A DNA stretch of 64,000 nucleotides, taken from contig JASJDA010000031.1 of NCBI GenBank assembly GCA_030065755.1, forward strand, positions 4,000-67,999. Direction: 5' to 3'. This DNA comes from Prochloraceae cyanobacterium. Lineage in GTDB: Bacteria > Cyanobacteriota > Cyanobacteriia > Cyanobacteriales > JASJDA01. Under the pieces are notes generated by a model that did no database searches, was not told the origin of the DNA, and saw only the letters and a program-made list of their open reading frames with translations. The position numbers and the translations under genes were made by a program. Of this stretch, positions 56,596-64,000 are shown piece by piece. How positions within the stretch are numbered: the stretch's first letter is position 1; each line of letters opens with the position of its first letter.

Positions 56596-57330
56596 TCAGT
56601 TTCCAATTATCCATTTAAAAGCACTGTCAACATCAGTAACGCGATCGCCTTCTGGCATTATGGGACGTTTAATGATGACTGCAGGTAAACCCAGTTCTCT
56701 AGCAGCAATTATCTTGGCAATTGTTGCTTCACCACCGCTATTTTTGCTAACAATTGCCTCGATCTGGTATTTTTTTAACAACTGGCGCTCTTCTGTTAAA
56801 TCAAAAGGGCCTCTTTCCAATAATAAATGTCCCTTGGGAATTGGTTTATCGGATGCTGGAGGTTCGATCGTTCGCATCAGAAACCAAATATCCTCTAAAT
56901 AACTAAAAGCAGCTAATTCTTGTCTGCCAATAGCCAGAAAGACTCGCTTTGCCAAACCTGGAAGTACGGCTACAGCAGCTTTAAAGTCATTTACTTCAAT
57001 CCAGCGATCGCCTTTTATTGGTTGCCATGGGGGACGCACTAACATTAAATGGGGAATACCACAGATTTTTGCTGCTATAGCCCCATTAAAGGAAATTTGT
57101 GCTGCAAAAGGATGGGTCGCGTCAATAAGTAGAGCGATCGCATTATTTCGTAGATAAGTCACTAAGCCTTCTGTTCCGCTAAAACCTCCTATTCTAGTGG
57201 GTACGTGAATCTTGGCTGGCTGACTAGTTCTACCTGCTAGAGAAACAATAACTTCTATTCCCTCAATAGTTGAAGCTTTAACAGCTAATTGAGAAGCCTC
57301 TGTGGTTCCACCCAAGATTAAAACTCGCAT
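56596..57330 (-). CDS. cobK: precorrin-6A / cobalt-precorrin-6A reductase
   Basis: MRVLILGGTTEA start, a length of 244 aa, and a CobK/CbiJ-like sequence throughout. Confidence 0.85.
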   Translation of the reverse strand: MRVLILGGTTEASQLAVKASTIEGIEVIVSLAGRTSQPAKIHVPTRIGGFSGTEGLVTYLRNNAIALLIDATHPFAAQISFNGAIAAKICGIPHLMLVRPPWQPIKGDRWIEVNDFKAAVAVLPGLAKRVFLAIGRQELAAFSYLEDIWFLMRTIEPPASDKPIPKGHLLLERGPFDLTEERQLLKKYQIEAIVSKNSGGEATIAKIIAARELGLPAVIIKRPIMPEGDRVTDVDSAFKWIIGN

Positions 57331-57339
57331 TATTTATCT

Positions 57340-58757
57340 TCTTCCCGCGAGAATACCCACGCTTTCAGCGTGTGGATGAATCGCAGGGCAGCCCTTTTAG
57401 TATTATCTTTAATCTTACAGAAAGCTATGTTAAAATGTAAGTTGTAAATAACTAACTATTGTAAGGGATGTTTTTTATTTTTAATTAGGGAACCCTTTTT
57501 CAAATAATTATTTTCCGTAAATGACCGAACGCGCCTACAAATATCGGTTTTACCCAACTCCAGAGCAAGAAAATCTCTTGCGACGGACGATAGGTTGCGT
57601 TCGTTTGGTTTACAACAAAGCTTTGGCAACTAGAACTGAAGCATGGTACTCCAAAAAAGAGAGGGTCGGCTACAAAGAAACCTCTAGTTTTTTGACTGCT
57701 TGGAAAAAGACTACTGAACTTAACTTTCTTAACGAGGTAAGCTCTGTACCCTTGCAGCAATGCCTTAGAAATCTGCAAAAAGCATTTGCTAACTTCTGGG
57801 GAAAGAGAGCTAGATATCCTCGGTTTAAGAAAAAGCGCTCGGGGGGGTCGGCTGAGTTTACCAAGTCTGCATTTAAATGGAAAGATGGTAAATTGTGGCT
57901 TGCTAAGTGTAAGGAACCACTCAATATAGTCTGGTCTAGATATTTGCCTGATGCTTGTGCCCCATCTACAGTAACAGTCAAATTCGAGCCATCGGGAAGA
58001 TGGTATATTTCTTTGCTGATAAATGACCGAACCATTGAGAAATTCCCACCAACTGACAAGAAAGTTGGCATTGATGTAGGTATTTCTCGATTGATTAGTA
58101 CCAGCGACGGGGATTTGATAGCTAATCCCAAGCATTTCAATCGGCTGTATCAAAAGCTTAAAAGAGCGCAAAAGGTATTGAGTCGGAAGACCAAAGGCTC
58201 TAATAATCGACATAAAGCGCTACAGATAGTAGCTAAGATACACACTCAAATCAAAGATGCTCGTACCGATTTCCTGCACAAGTTGACTACTTCGTTGGTT
58301 AGAGAAAATAGCCTTATTGCTATTGAAGACTTGGGGGTTAGAAACATGGTTAAACTCCGCAAGTTGGCTCGGTCTATATCCGATGCTGCTTGGGGGGAGA
58401 TGTTTCGTCAACTTGAGTATAAGTGTGAGTGGTACGGGCGAGAATTGGTTAAAATTGACCGATTCTATCCCAGCAGTAAAAGATGTAATCAATGTGGTTT
58501 TGTAGTCGCTCGATTGCCCCTCGACGTTCGCAGTTGGGATTGCCCTAGCTGTGGAACTACAGGCATAGACCGCGACATCAATGCTGGAAAAAATATCTTG
58601 GCTGCAGGGCTTGCAGTTTCTGTCTGTGGAGCGGACATAAGACCTGATAACCATAGTGTTAAAGGGCAGTTGCGAAAAACTCGTACATCGAGAAGGAAAC
58701 AGAAACCCAGATCGTGAGGTTTGGGAATCCCGCGTCAAGGAGCGCGGGAGGATGTCA
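57340..58757 (+). mobile_element. IS200/IS605-family tnpB-only element (IS1341-like), 1418 bp by inferred boundaries
   Basis: The left end has a subterminal hairpin CCACGC-TTTCA-GCGTGTGG followed by GATGAATCGC. The right end is GAATCCCGCG-TCAAGGAG-CGCGGGAGGATGTCA (58725-58757). Boundaries were set by comparison with the 21325-21791 copy. No tnpA is present. Confidence 0.7.
57521..58717 (+). CDS. tnpB: RNA-guided DNA endonuclease TnpB (IS605 OrfB family)
   Basis: N-terminal YKYRFYPTPEQENLLRRTIGCVRLVYN (OrfB HTH). The RuvC triad contexts are GIDVGI, IAIEDL and DRDINAGKNI. The zinc ribbon is CNQCG...CPSCG. Confidence 0.92.
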   Translation: MTERAYKYRFYPTPEQENLLRRTIGCVRLVYNKALATRTEAWYSKKERVGYKETSSFLTAWKKTTELNFLNEVSSVPLQQCLRNLQKAFANFWGKRARYPRFKKKRSGGSAEFTKSAFKWKDGKLWLAKCKEPLNIVWSRYLPDACAPSTVTVKFEPSGRWYISLLINDRTIEKFPPTDKKVGIDVGISRLISTSDGDLIANPKHFNRLYQKLKRAQKVLSRKTKGSNNRHKALQIVAKIHTQIKDARTDFLHKLTTSLVRENSLIAIEDLGVRNMVKLRKLARSISDAAWGEMFRQLEYKCEWYGRELVKIDRFYPSSKRCNQCGFVVARLPLDVRSWDCPSCGTTGIDRDINAGKNILAAGLAVSVCGADIRPDNHSVKGQLRKTRTSRRKQKPRS

Positions 58758-58773
58758 AGTAAGATAAGTTCCA
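58560..58773 (+). ncRNA. putative omega-RNA (right-end RNA) scaffold plus flank-derived guide; the 5' limit is a guess
   Basis: In characterised TnpB systems, the guide RNA overlaps the tnpB 3' end and the right end and reads into the flank. Here the conserved terminal hairpin ends at 58757, and the 16 nt beyond it are AGTAAGATAAGTTCCA. Confidence 0.35.
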
Positions 58774-58800
58774 GAAGTATTTTTAAAGCATTAAACCTAT

Positions 58801-58835
58801 TTCTGACTTCTGACTTCTGACTTCTGACTTCTGAC
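58801..58835. repeat. tandem heptamer (TTCTGAC) x5
   Basis: Five perfect units counted by hand, ending 8 nt before the cbiD ATG. Confidence 0.9.
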
Positions 58836-58843
58836 TTCGTATA

Positions 58844-59941
58844 ATGGCTCGTAAAGGTTACACCTTATCTGTTTTTGCTGTTGCTGCTGCTAAAGCTGCT
58901 TTGCTGCATCTACAAGAGAAAATGAATTCCGAACCAGTAGTGTGTCTCGATCTGCTACCAGAAAGCGCAGAGATACCCATTCAGCAGCTAGCTATTTTAG
59001 ATTCTACTAGTGCTTTGGCAATTACTACTAGCGATCCAGGTGATAATTTAGATCTAACTCGCAATACACCAATTTGGGCGTTGGTTAGGACGAGCGATCG
59101 CGTTTCTGATGCTTTAATTCTAGAAGCTGGTGAGGGTTTGGGTAAAACAGTAACGGGAGATCCTGCTATTTATAGTTTTGCTCGTCGCTTATTTGAGGCT
59201 AATTTATTACCAATAATTCCTGCAGATAAAACTGTAACGGTTTCAATTATTTTGCCTTTCGGTCGTCAACTGGCTCAACGGACTTCAAACGAAGCATTTG
59301 GCATTCTCGAAGGACTTGCTTTACTTGGAACTAGCGGTATATCTCAACCTCTATCGGCAGCCGATCGTCTAGAAGAATTTCGCCTAGATCTGCAGAATAA
59401 AGTAAAAGATCGCTCAAATCTAGTATTTTCTATTGGTAGCAATGGCGTGCGCGTTGCTCAAAAATTAAGTATTCCAGAAGAAACCATCGTCCAAACTGGT
59501 AATTGGATTGGTGCAATGCTGGTAGAAGCTGGGTTACGGGGTGCTAATTCAGTGCTTTTGCTTGGCTATCAGGGTAAGTTAATCAAGCTAGCTGGCGGAA
59601 TTTTTAATACGTCCAGTCATTTAGCCGATGCCAAACTAGAAATTATTAGTGCTGCTGTTGCTTCTGTTGGTGGCGATCGCAATGCGATTAAAAGTGTCTT
59701 GGCTGCGCAAACTGCAGATTCGGCTTATAAAACACTAGTGCAATTACAATTAGCTGAGTCAGTTTTTACATTACTAGCAGATAAAATTAGTCACAAAGCT
59801 ACTGCTTACGTTCAAAAGTATGCCGATGTATCTCTAAAAATAGGTACTATTCTCTTCGATCGTCAGGGTCACATTATTGTTAGAGATGCAATAGCCAAGG
59901 AACTGATAAATAAGTTGACGCGACCCGATAAAAAGAAATAA
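58844..59941 (+). CDS. cbiD: cobalt-precorrin-5B (C1)-methyltransferase
   Basis: GYTLSVFAVAAAKAALLHL N-terminus, GLALLGTSGI, and a CbiD-like length of 365 aa. Confidence 0.85.
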   Translation: MARKGYTLSVFAVAAAKAALLHLQEKMNSEPVVCLDLLPESAEIPIQQLAILDSTSALAITTSDPGDNLDLTRNTPIWALVRTSDRVSDALILEAGEGLGKTVTGDPAIYSFARRLFEANLLPIIPADKTVTVSIILPFGRQLAQRTSNEAFGILEGLALLGTSGISQPLSAADRLEEFRLDLQNKVKDRSNLVFSIGSNGVRVAQKLSIPEETIVQTGNWIGAMLVEAGLRGANSVLLLGYQGKLIKLAGGIFNTSSHLADAKLEIISAAVASVGGDRNAIKSVLAAQTADSAYKTLVQLQLAESVFTLLADKISHKATAYVQKYADVSLKIGTILFDRQGHIIVRDAIAKELINKLTRPDKKK

Positions 59942-60245
59942 CAAGAAGCAGACCGTTTTAGAAAAAGAATAATTTCAGATTTAATAAATATTTTAGGATC
60001 GAAAAAAATTACCAAAATTACTCCGCCCGCATAAGCTATCATTGTAGTATGGCACAAGTATTCTAGAGTTGATGACTCAAGTGAAGTTATCTTGAGAAAT
60101 CTCCAAAGAACATGGAGAAAAATCCTAGCATCGAAATTAAATCAATGATAAAACTCGATCGGGATATGTGTGAAAAAAGTACTCGATCGCAAGAAAATAA
60201 TGCAATTTATTAGCTCGCTCTCCAAAAATCGAGCATAACAGTAAT

Positions 60246-62024
60246 TTGAATTTAGGACGAGATATGTTGTGGATTGGAAGAGATAGGATTGAAAACAAAC
60301 TGCAGTCAACACCTATAATTCGGTGTTCTTGTTCTATTTGCCGCGCTACTAATCAAAGCAATAATTTTAATTCGTTGGAGTCAGGAAAAAAATCATTTTC
60401 CAATCGATCGCCAACAGGCAATATTTACGTTGACGGTATTCTCTGGGGAGGACATAATTGGCTTGTTAATTCCAATCGAGTTATTACTTATTCATTCTGG
60501 GGTAATAGTGTTCGATATCGTAGAAATTGGAAATCTCATGAAATTTCTGCCATGGAGCAAGCATTACGCACTTGGTCTAATGTAGCTAATATTAAGTTTG
60601 TCAAAACAAGGAACAATAACCCTAATGCCACACTTAAATTTCATTTAATTGACAACTCTTTCGAGTTCCCAATATTGGGAATGTTTTATCCTCCAGGCAC
60701 CAAAAACGAAGGTAACGGCTATTTCAATTTCCAAGGATATGGTTGGAATCAAGCAGGTTTGAAACAAGGTGGATATGGTTTTACCACCCTCCTTCACGAA
60801 CTAGGTCACGGATTGGGATTGGCTCATCCTCACGATAAAGGTGGTGGTTCTTTTATCTACCCTAGGGTTACTTATGAATATAGTACTGGCAATTTTGGAC
60901 TCAACCAAGGCGTGTGGACAACCATGTCCTATAACGATGGTTTAGTATCCAATAATTTGCCCTTAGCAAGTAATTATGGATATCAAGGAACGCCAATGGC
61001 GTTTGATATTGCTGCTGTTCAGTATCTCTATGGTGCAAACAAAAACTACCGCATTGGCAACAATACTTATACTTTACCTTCAAAAAACAGGTCTGGTAGT
61101 TTCTATTCTGCCATCTGGGATACTGGCGGTATAGATACAATTACCGCTGCAGGAATTAATAGGGCGGTTAATATTGACTTACGCCAAGCACCTTTAAAAG
61201 GAAAAAATGCTGGAGGTTATATTTCTTCTGTATTCGGTATTAATGGTGGCTACACCATAGCTAACCGAGTCACAATCGAAAAAGCGATTGGCGGCTTTAT
61301 GAACGATCGGCTCATAGGCAACATAGCAAATAATGTTCTTTTTGGCGGTAATGGCAATGATTTTCTGAATGGAGGCGGTGGCAAAGATCGCTTACTTGGA
61401 GGTAGAGGTAGGGACATTCTTAAAGGAGGTCTTGATAATGACATTATCAATGGGGGCGATGATAATGACATTATGAATGGCGAAGCTGGTAATGATACTT
61501 TCATTGTTAACAGCAGGTTCGATCGAGTCCTAGAATCTGTCAGAGGTGGTATCGATCGTGTAATTTCTTCTGCTCGTATTTATACTATCAGCGCTAACAT
61601 AGAAAATTTAACTCTCAGCGCTCGAGCTATTATTGGGAGCGGCAATAGTAAGAACAATCGTATTAACGGCAATAGGTACAGTAACAAACTTATTGGCCAA
61701 GCTGGCGATGATACTCTCAATGGGGGGGCTGGGAACGATCGCCTTGTCGGAGGTGCTGGAGCTGACGTTCTTGTGGGTGGAACTGGAGCCGATCGCTTTG
61801 TCTTCAATTCAATCTCAGAAAAAATTGATATTATTTCAGACTTTAATAGAGGTCAAAGAGATAAAATTTCCATCTTCCATAAAAGTTTTGGAGCAACTTC
61901 TACTAATCAATTTAACTTCAACGCAGCTAATGGCGCTCTCTTGTTTAGGGGACAGCAAATAGCTACTTTGGAAAATATTAATGAGTCTGGATTTAATGTT
62001 TCTACTGATATTGTATTGCTCTAA
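60246..62024 (+). CDS. serralysin-like (M10B) zinc metalloprotease with RTX calcium-binding repeats
   Basis: The zinc motif is HELGHGLGLAHPHD. A Met-turn region follows, then multiple GGxGxD nonapeptide repeats (GGNGNDFLNGGGGKDRLLGGRGRDILKGG..., GGAGNDRLVGGAGADVLVGGTGADRF). The start may be the ATG at 60264. Confidence 0.8.
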   Translation: MNLGRDMLWIGRDRIENKLQSTPIIRCSCSICRATNQSNNFNSLESGKKSFSNRSPTGNIYVDGILWGGHNWLVNSNRVITYSFWGNSVRYRRNWKSHEISAMEQALRTWSNVANIKFVKTRNNNPNATLKFHLIDNSFEFPILGMFYPPGTKNEGNGYFNFQGYGWNQAGLKQGGYGFTTLLHELGHGLGLAHPHDKGGGSFIYPRVTYEYSTGNFGLNQGVWTTMSYNDGLVSNNLPLASNYGYQGTPMAFDIAAVQYLYGANKNYRIGNNTYTLPSKNRSGSFYSAIWDTGGIDTITAAGINRAVNIDLRQAPLKGKNAGGYISSVFGINGGYTIANRVTIEKAIGGFMNDRLIGNIANNVLFGGNGNDFLNGGGGKDRLLGGRGRDILKGGLDNDIINGGDDNDIMNGEAGNDTFIVNSRFDRVLESVRGGIDRVISSARIYTISANIENLTLSARAIIGSGNSKNNRINGNRYSNKLIGQAGDDTLNGGAGNDRLVGGAGADVLVGGTGADRFVFNSISEKIDIISDFNRGQRDKISIFHKSFGATSTNQFNFNAANGALLFRGQQIATLENINESGFNVSTDIVLL

Positions 62025-62069
62025 ACATTTTTTATATTTATTAGTAACGATCGATGTTTTTTTCATTTT

Positions 62070-62780
62070 TCAATTGTCCGATCGCCACTGACTCGGTATT
62101 ACAATAGTAGAAAAATAAGGAACTTCTGCTGAATTTACCTTTTCGATCGCGATAATTTGTCGATCTGGCATAGTAGCTTTTTCTATATACTTAGCTCGAT
62201 CGTATAACCCCAATTCTTTTAAAACACCTATTACTTTCTCAAAATGTCTGCCCAATTTAATAATTACAGCAGCATCAGCAACAACTAATTTAGCTTTTAA
62301 TACTTCTGCTGGCAAAATAGCAGACAATACCACAAACACGTCATTGCGATAAGTTAAAGGAACTCCCAAAGCAGCCCCACTTGCCATAATTGAAGAAACT
62401 CCTGGAACTACTTCCGTAGGAAATCTATCTACTAACCGATTATAGATATACATAAACGTGCCGTAGAAAAAAGGATCGCCTTCGCACAGCACAACTACAT
62501 CTTGCCCTAACTTCAAATGTTCGGCTAGAGTTTCTGCGGCTTTGTCGTAATATGGTTGGGAAGAAAGTTCTAGTTTGAAGGGGAAATACAGAGGAACTTC
62601 GATCTGTTCGGGTTTAATATATTCCTGCACGATCGATCGCGCCAAACTCTGTTGATTTTTTTCTGAAATAGGATAAGCCACTACAGCAGCCGATCGCAAT
62701 AATCGTAAAGCTTTTAGTGTAATTAATTCTGGATCTCCAGGACCAATTCCCAAACCATAAAGACGACCTACCGACTTCAT
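62070..62780 (-). CDS. cobI: precorrin-2 / cobalt-factor-II C20-methyltransferase
   Basis: LYGLGIGPGDPELITLKALRLL and the tetrapyrrole methylase fold. Its start overlaps the cobH stop in TAATG. Confidence 0.85.
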   Translation of the reverse strand: MKSVGRLYGLGIGPGDPELITLKALRLLRSAAVVAYPISEKNQQSLARSIVQEYIKPEQIEVPLYFPFKLELSSQPYYDKAAETLAEHLKLGQDVVVLCEGDPFFYGTFMYIYNRLVDRFPTEVVPGVSSIMASGAALGVPLTYRNDVFVVLSAILPAEVLKAKLVVADAAVIIKLGRHFEKVIGVLKELGLYDRAKYIEKATMPDRQIIAIEKVNSAEVPYFSTIVIPSQWRSDN

Positions 62781-63412
62781 TATATTTCCCTCTCCGTTGC
62801 TAAGGCATTAACTGCTGCAGCGGCGATCGCGCTACCACCCCGACGACCCTGTAAAGTAATAAAAGGTACGCCCCGACTATCTGCTGCTAGAATAGCTTTC
62901 GATCGTGCTGCACCTACAAAACCCACAGGAAAACCTAAAATTACCCCAGGTTTGGGCGCACCCGCGTCTAACATTTCCAATAGATAGAATAGGGCTGTAG
63001 GTGCATTGCCGATCGCCACAATAGAACCGTGCAAATGTTCTCGCCAAAGTTCTAACGCCGCTGCCGATCGCGTATTATCAATATTACGGGCGATTTCTGG
63101 TACTTGAGAATCTTTCAGAGTACAAATTATCTTATTGTTTGCTGGTAAACGACTGCGAGTAATTCCATTAGCTACCATTTGCGAATCGCACAAAATGCTT
63201 GCACCTGCTGCTAATGCTTTTCTGGCAACAGCTACAGCATTGGGTGAAGCTTCTAGATCGGTGACAATATCGGTCATCCCGCAAGCGTGAATGAGACGAA
63301 CAGCAACTGGTGCGAGATCGGGGGGAAGACTAGATAAATTTGCTTCGGAACGAATGATAGCAAATGACTGACGATAAATTTCGTTCCCGTTACGGATGTA
63401 TTCAAGTGTCAT
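62780..63412 (-). CDS. cobH: precorrin-8X methylmutase
   Basis: The N-terminal IRNGNEIYRQSFAIIR and the conserved core (LIHACGM, GNAPTAL) are CobH/CbiC-like. Length 210 aa. Confidence 0.85.
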   Translation of the reverse strand: MTLEYIRNGNEIYRQSFAIIRSEANLSSLPPDLAPVAVRLIHACGMTDIVTDLEASPNAVAVARKALAAGASILCDSQMVANGITRSRLPANNKIICTLKDSQVPEIARNIDNTRSAAALELWREHLHGSIVAIGNAPTALFYLLEMLDAGAPKPGVILGFPVGFVGAARSKAILAADSRGVPFITLQGRRGGSAIAAAAVNALATEREI

Positions 63413-63870
63413 TGAAATTGAGCCTAAGACATTTTGTAAGTATTCCCACTAATCTGAATTAATACTTAAAAGTATACTCTGAAAAAATTAGTGTATTTTC
63501 TTAATTAAGATAGCAAAAAATCTACATAAAGACAGCTAAAACTCTGAGACTATTTTCGATTGATTCATGTTGATTTTAAATTGATTATCTTCTCAATAAA
63601 AACCTGGCTTTTACACAGTATGATTTTTGGCATTTCGGAGAATATCAAACTAAAAATATATGTTTTTTATAAAGATAAACTAATGGCGATCGCAGTTTAT
63701 ACAAATCCAAATCACAATTTTTACTGCTTGATAATTGATTTCTTTTTTTAAACTGAATAATGATTTTTACAATAAGAAAAAGTTCGGTATTTTTTTCAAT
63801 GTCAAAGTAATTAATTAGCAATTAATTTAGAAAAGAATCAATAAAAAAATGAAAGACGATCGTGCAAACA

Positions 63871-64000
63871 ATGGTTAACGTAAATTATATTTTTGGCACT
63901 CAAGGAGCAGATTCTATAGAAGGAGGAGAAGGTAACGATCGCCTTTTTGGTCGCAAAGGTAACGATACTTTGATAGGGGGTACAGGAAATGATTCTCTTT
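63871..64000 (+). CDS. RTX (calcium-binding repeat) protein, N-terminal part only (runs off the right edge)
   Basis: Hand translation from the ATG at 63871 gives [43 protein letters not shown].... These are consecutive GGxGxD nonapeptides. It is not in the ORF track because it is truncated. Confidence 0.6.
   Translation, partial: MVNVNYIFGTQGADSIEGGEGNDRLFGRKGNDTLIGGTGNDSL

Noticed and set aside
57409-57427. Alternative left boundary of the tnpB element at TTAATCTTACAGAAAGC, which resembles TTAATCCGCAGAAGCC at 21324
   Set aside because: The alignment starting at 57340 is longer: it covers the hairpin, the GATGAAT motif and the shared flanking decamer. Only that boundary is consistent with the 467-nt frame-restoring excision of the short copy.
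57500-58738. Three minus-strand ORFs (237, 156 and 172 aa) across the IS
   Set aside because: They lie antisense to the motif-rich tnpB frame, have no motifs, and are typical shadow ORFs.
61250-61807. Pro/Leu/Ser-rich minus-strand ORFs and a + ORF (61633-61962) in the RTX region
   Set aside because: They are alternative-frame readings of GGxGxD nonapeptide repeats. The main + frame carries the protease and RTX motifs.

Overview
The window looks like a chromosomal segment of a cyanobacterium. The HIP1 palindrome GCGATCGC occurs dozens of times, there are STRR-like heptamer arrays, and the gene content is typical. The sequence is AT-rich by eye. About 55 genes can be supported. Most are housekeeping or envelope genes: gltX, tRNA-Asp, glmU, an LCP protein, mltA, pbpC, clpC, rimI, the lysA-cdaA-uppS block, leuD, glcD, and cobalamin genes cobK, cbiD, cobI/cbiL and cobH/cbiC. 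There is also a xenobiotic-type neighbourhood with two TetR regulators, a P450, a Vat-type acetyltransferase, an SDR and GSTs.

Three things stand out.

1. A three-gene operon at 52448-56479. It encodes a two-winged-helix-like protein, a 600-aa P-loop NTPase, and a fusion of a DUF1802-like domain to an Mrr-type PD-(D/E)xK nuclease. It is preceded by a repeat-structured operator-like region. I cannot assign it to any named defence or mobile-element system, so it is my best candidate for an undescribed system, probably defence or nucleic-acid surveillance.

2. A family of IS200/IS605-type elements.
- One apparently intact tnpB-only copy sits 9 nt upstream of the cobK start codon.
- A 467-bp protein-less derivative interrupts an EamA transporter gene. 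Excising it restores the reading frame, and it shares the same flanking decamer as the intact copy.
- A decayed tnpB remnant has a right end that abuts or supplies the glcD stop codon.
- A probable short copy splits the conserved lysA-cdaA junction.

3. A decay zone at about 20.3-24.8 kb. It holds two copies of a 210-bp MITE with 6-bp target duplications, plus transposase, GNAT and transporter pseudogenes.

Other oddities are a GC-rich GNAT gene with an in-frame TGA, a class II chelatase with a natural His8 tail, and RTX proteins interleaved with the cob genes.

All functional calls come from motif recognition by eye. No database search was run.
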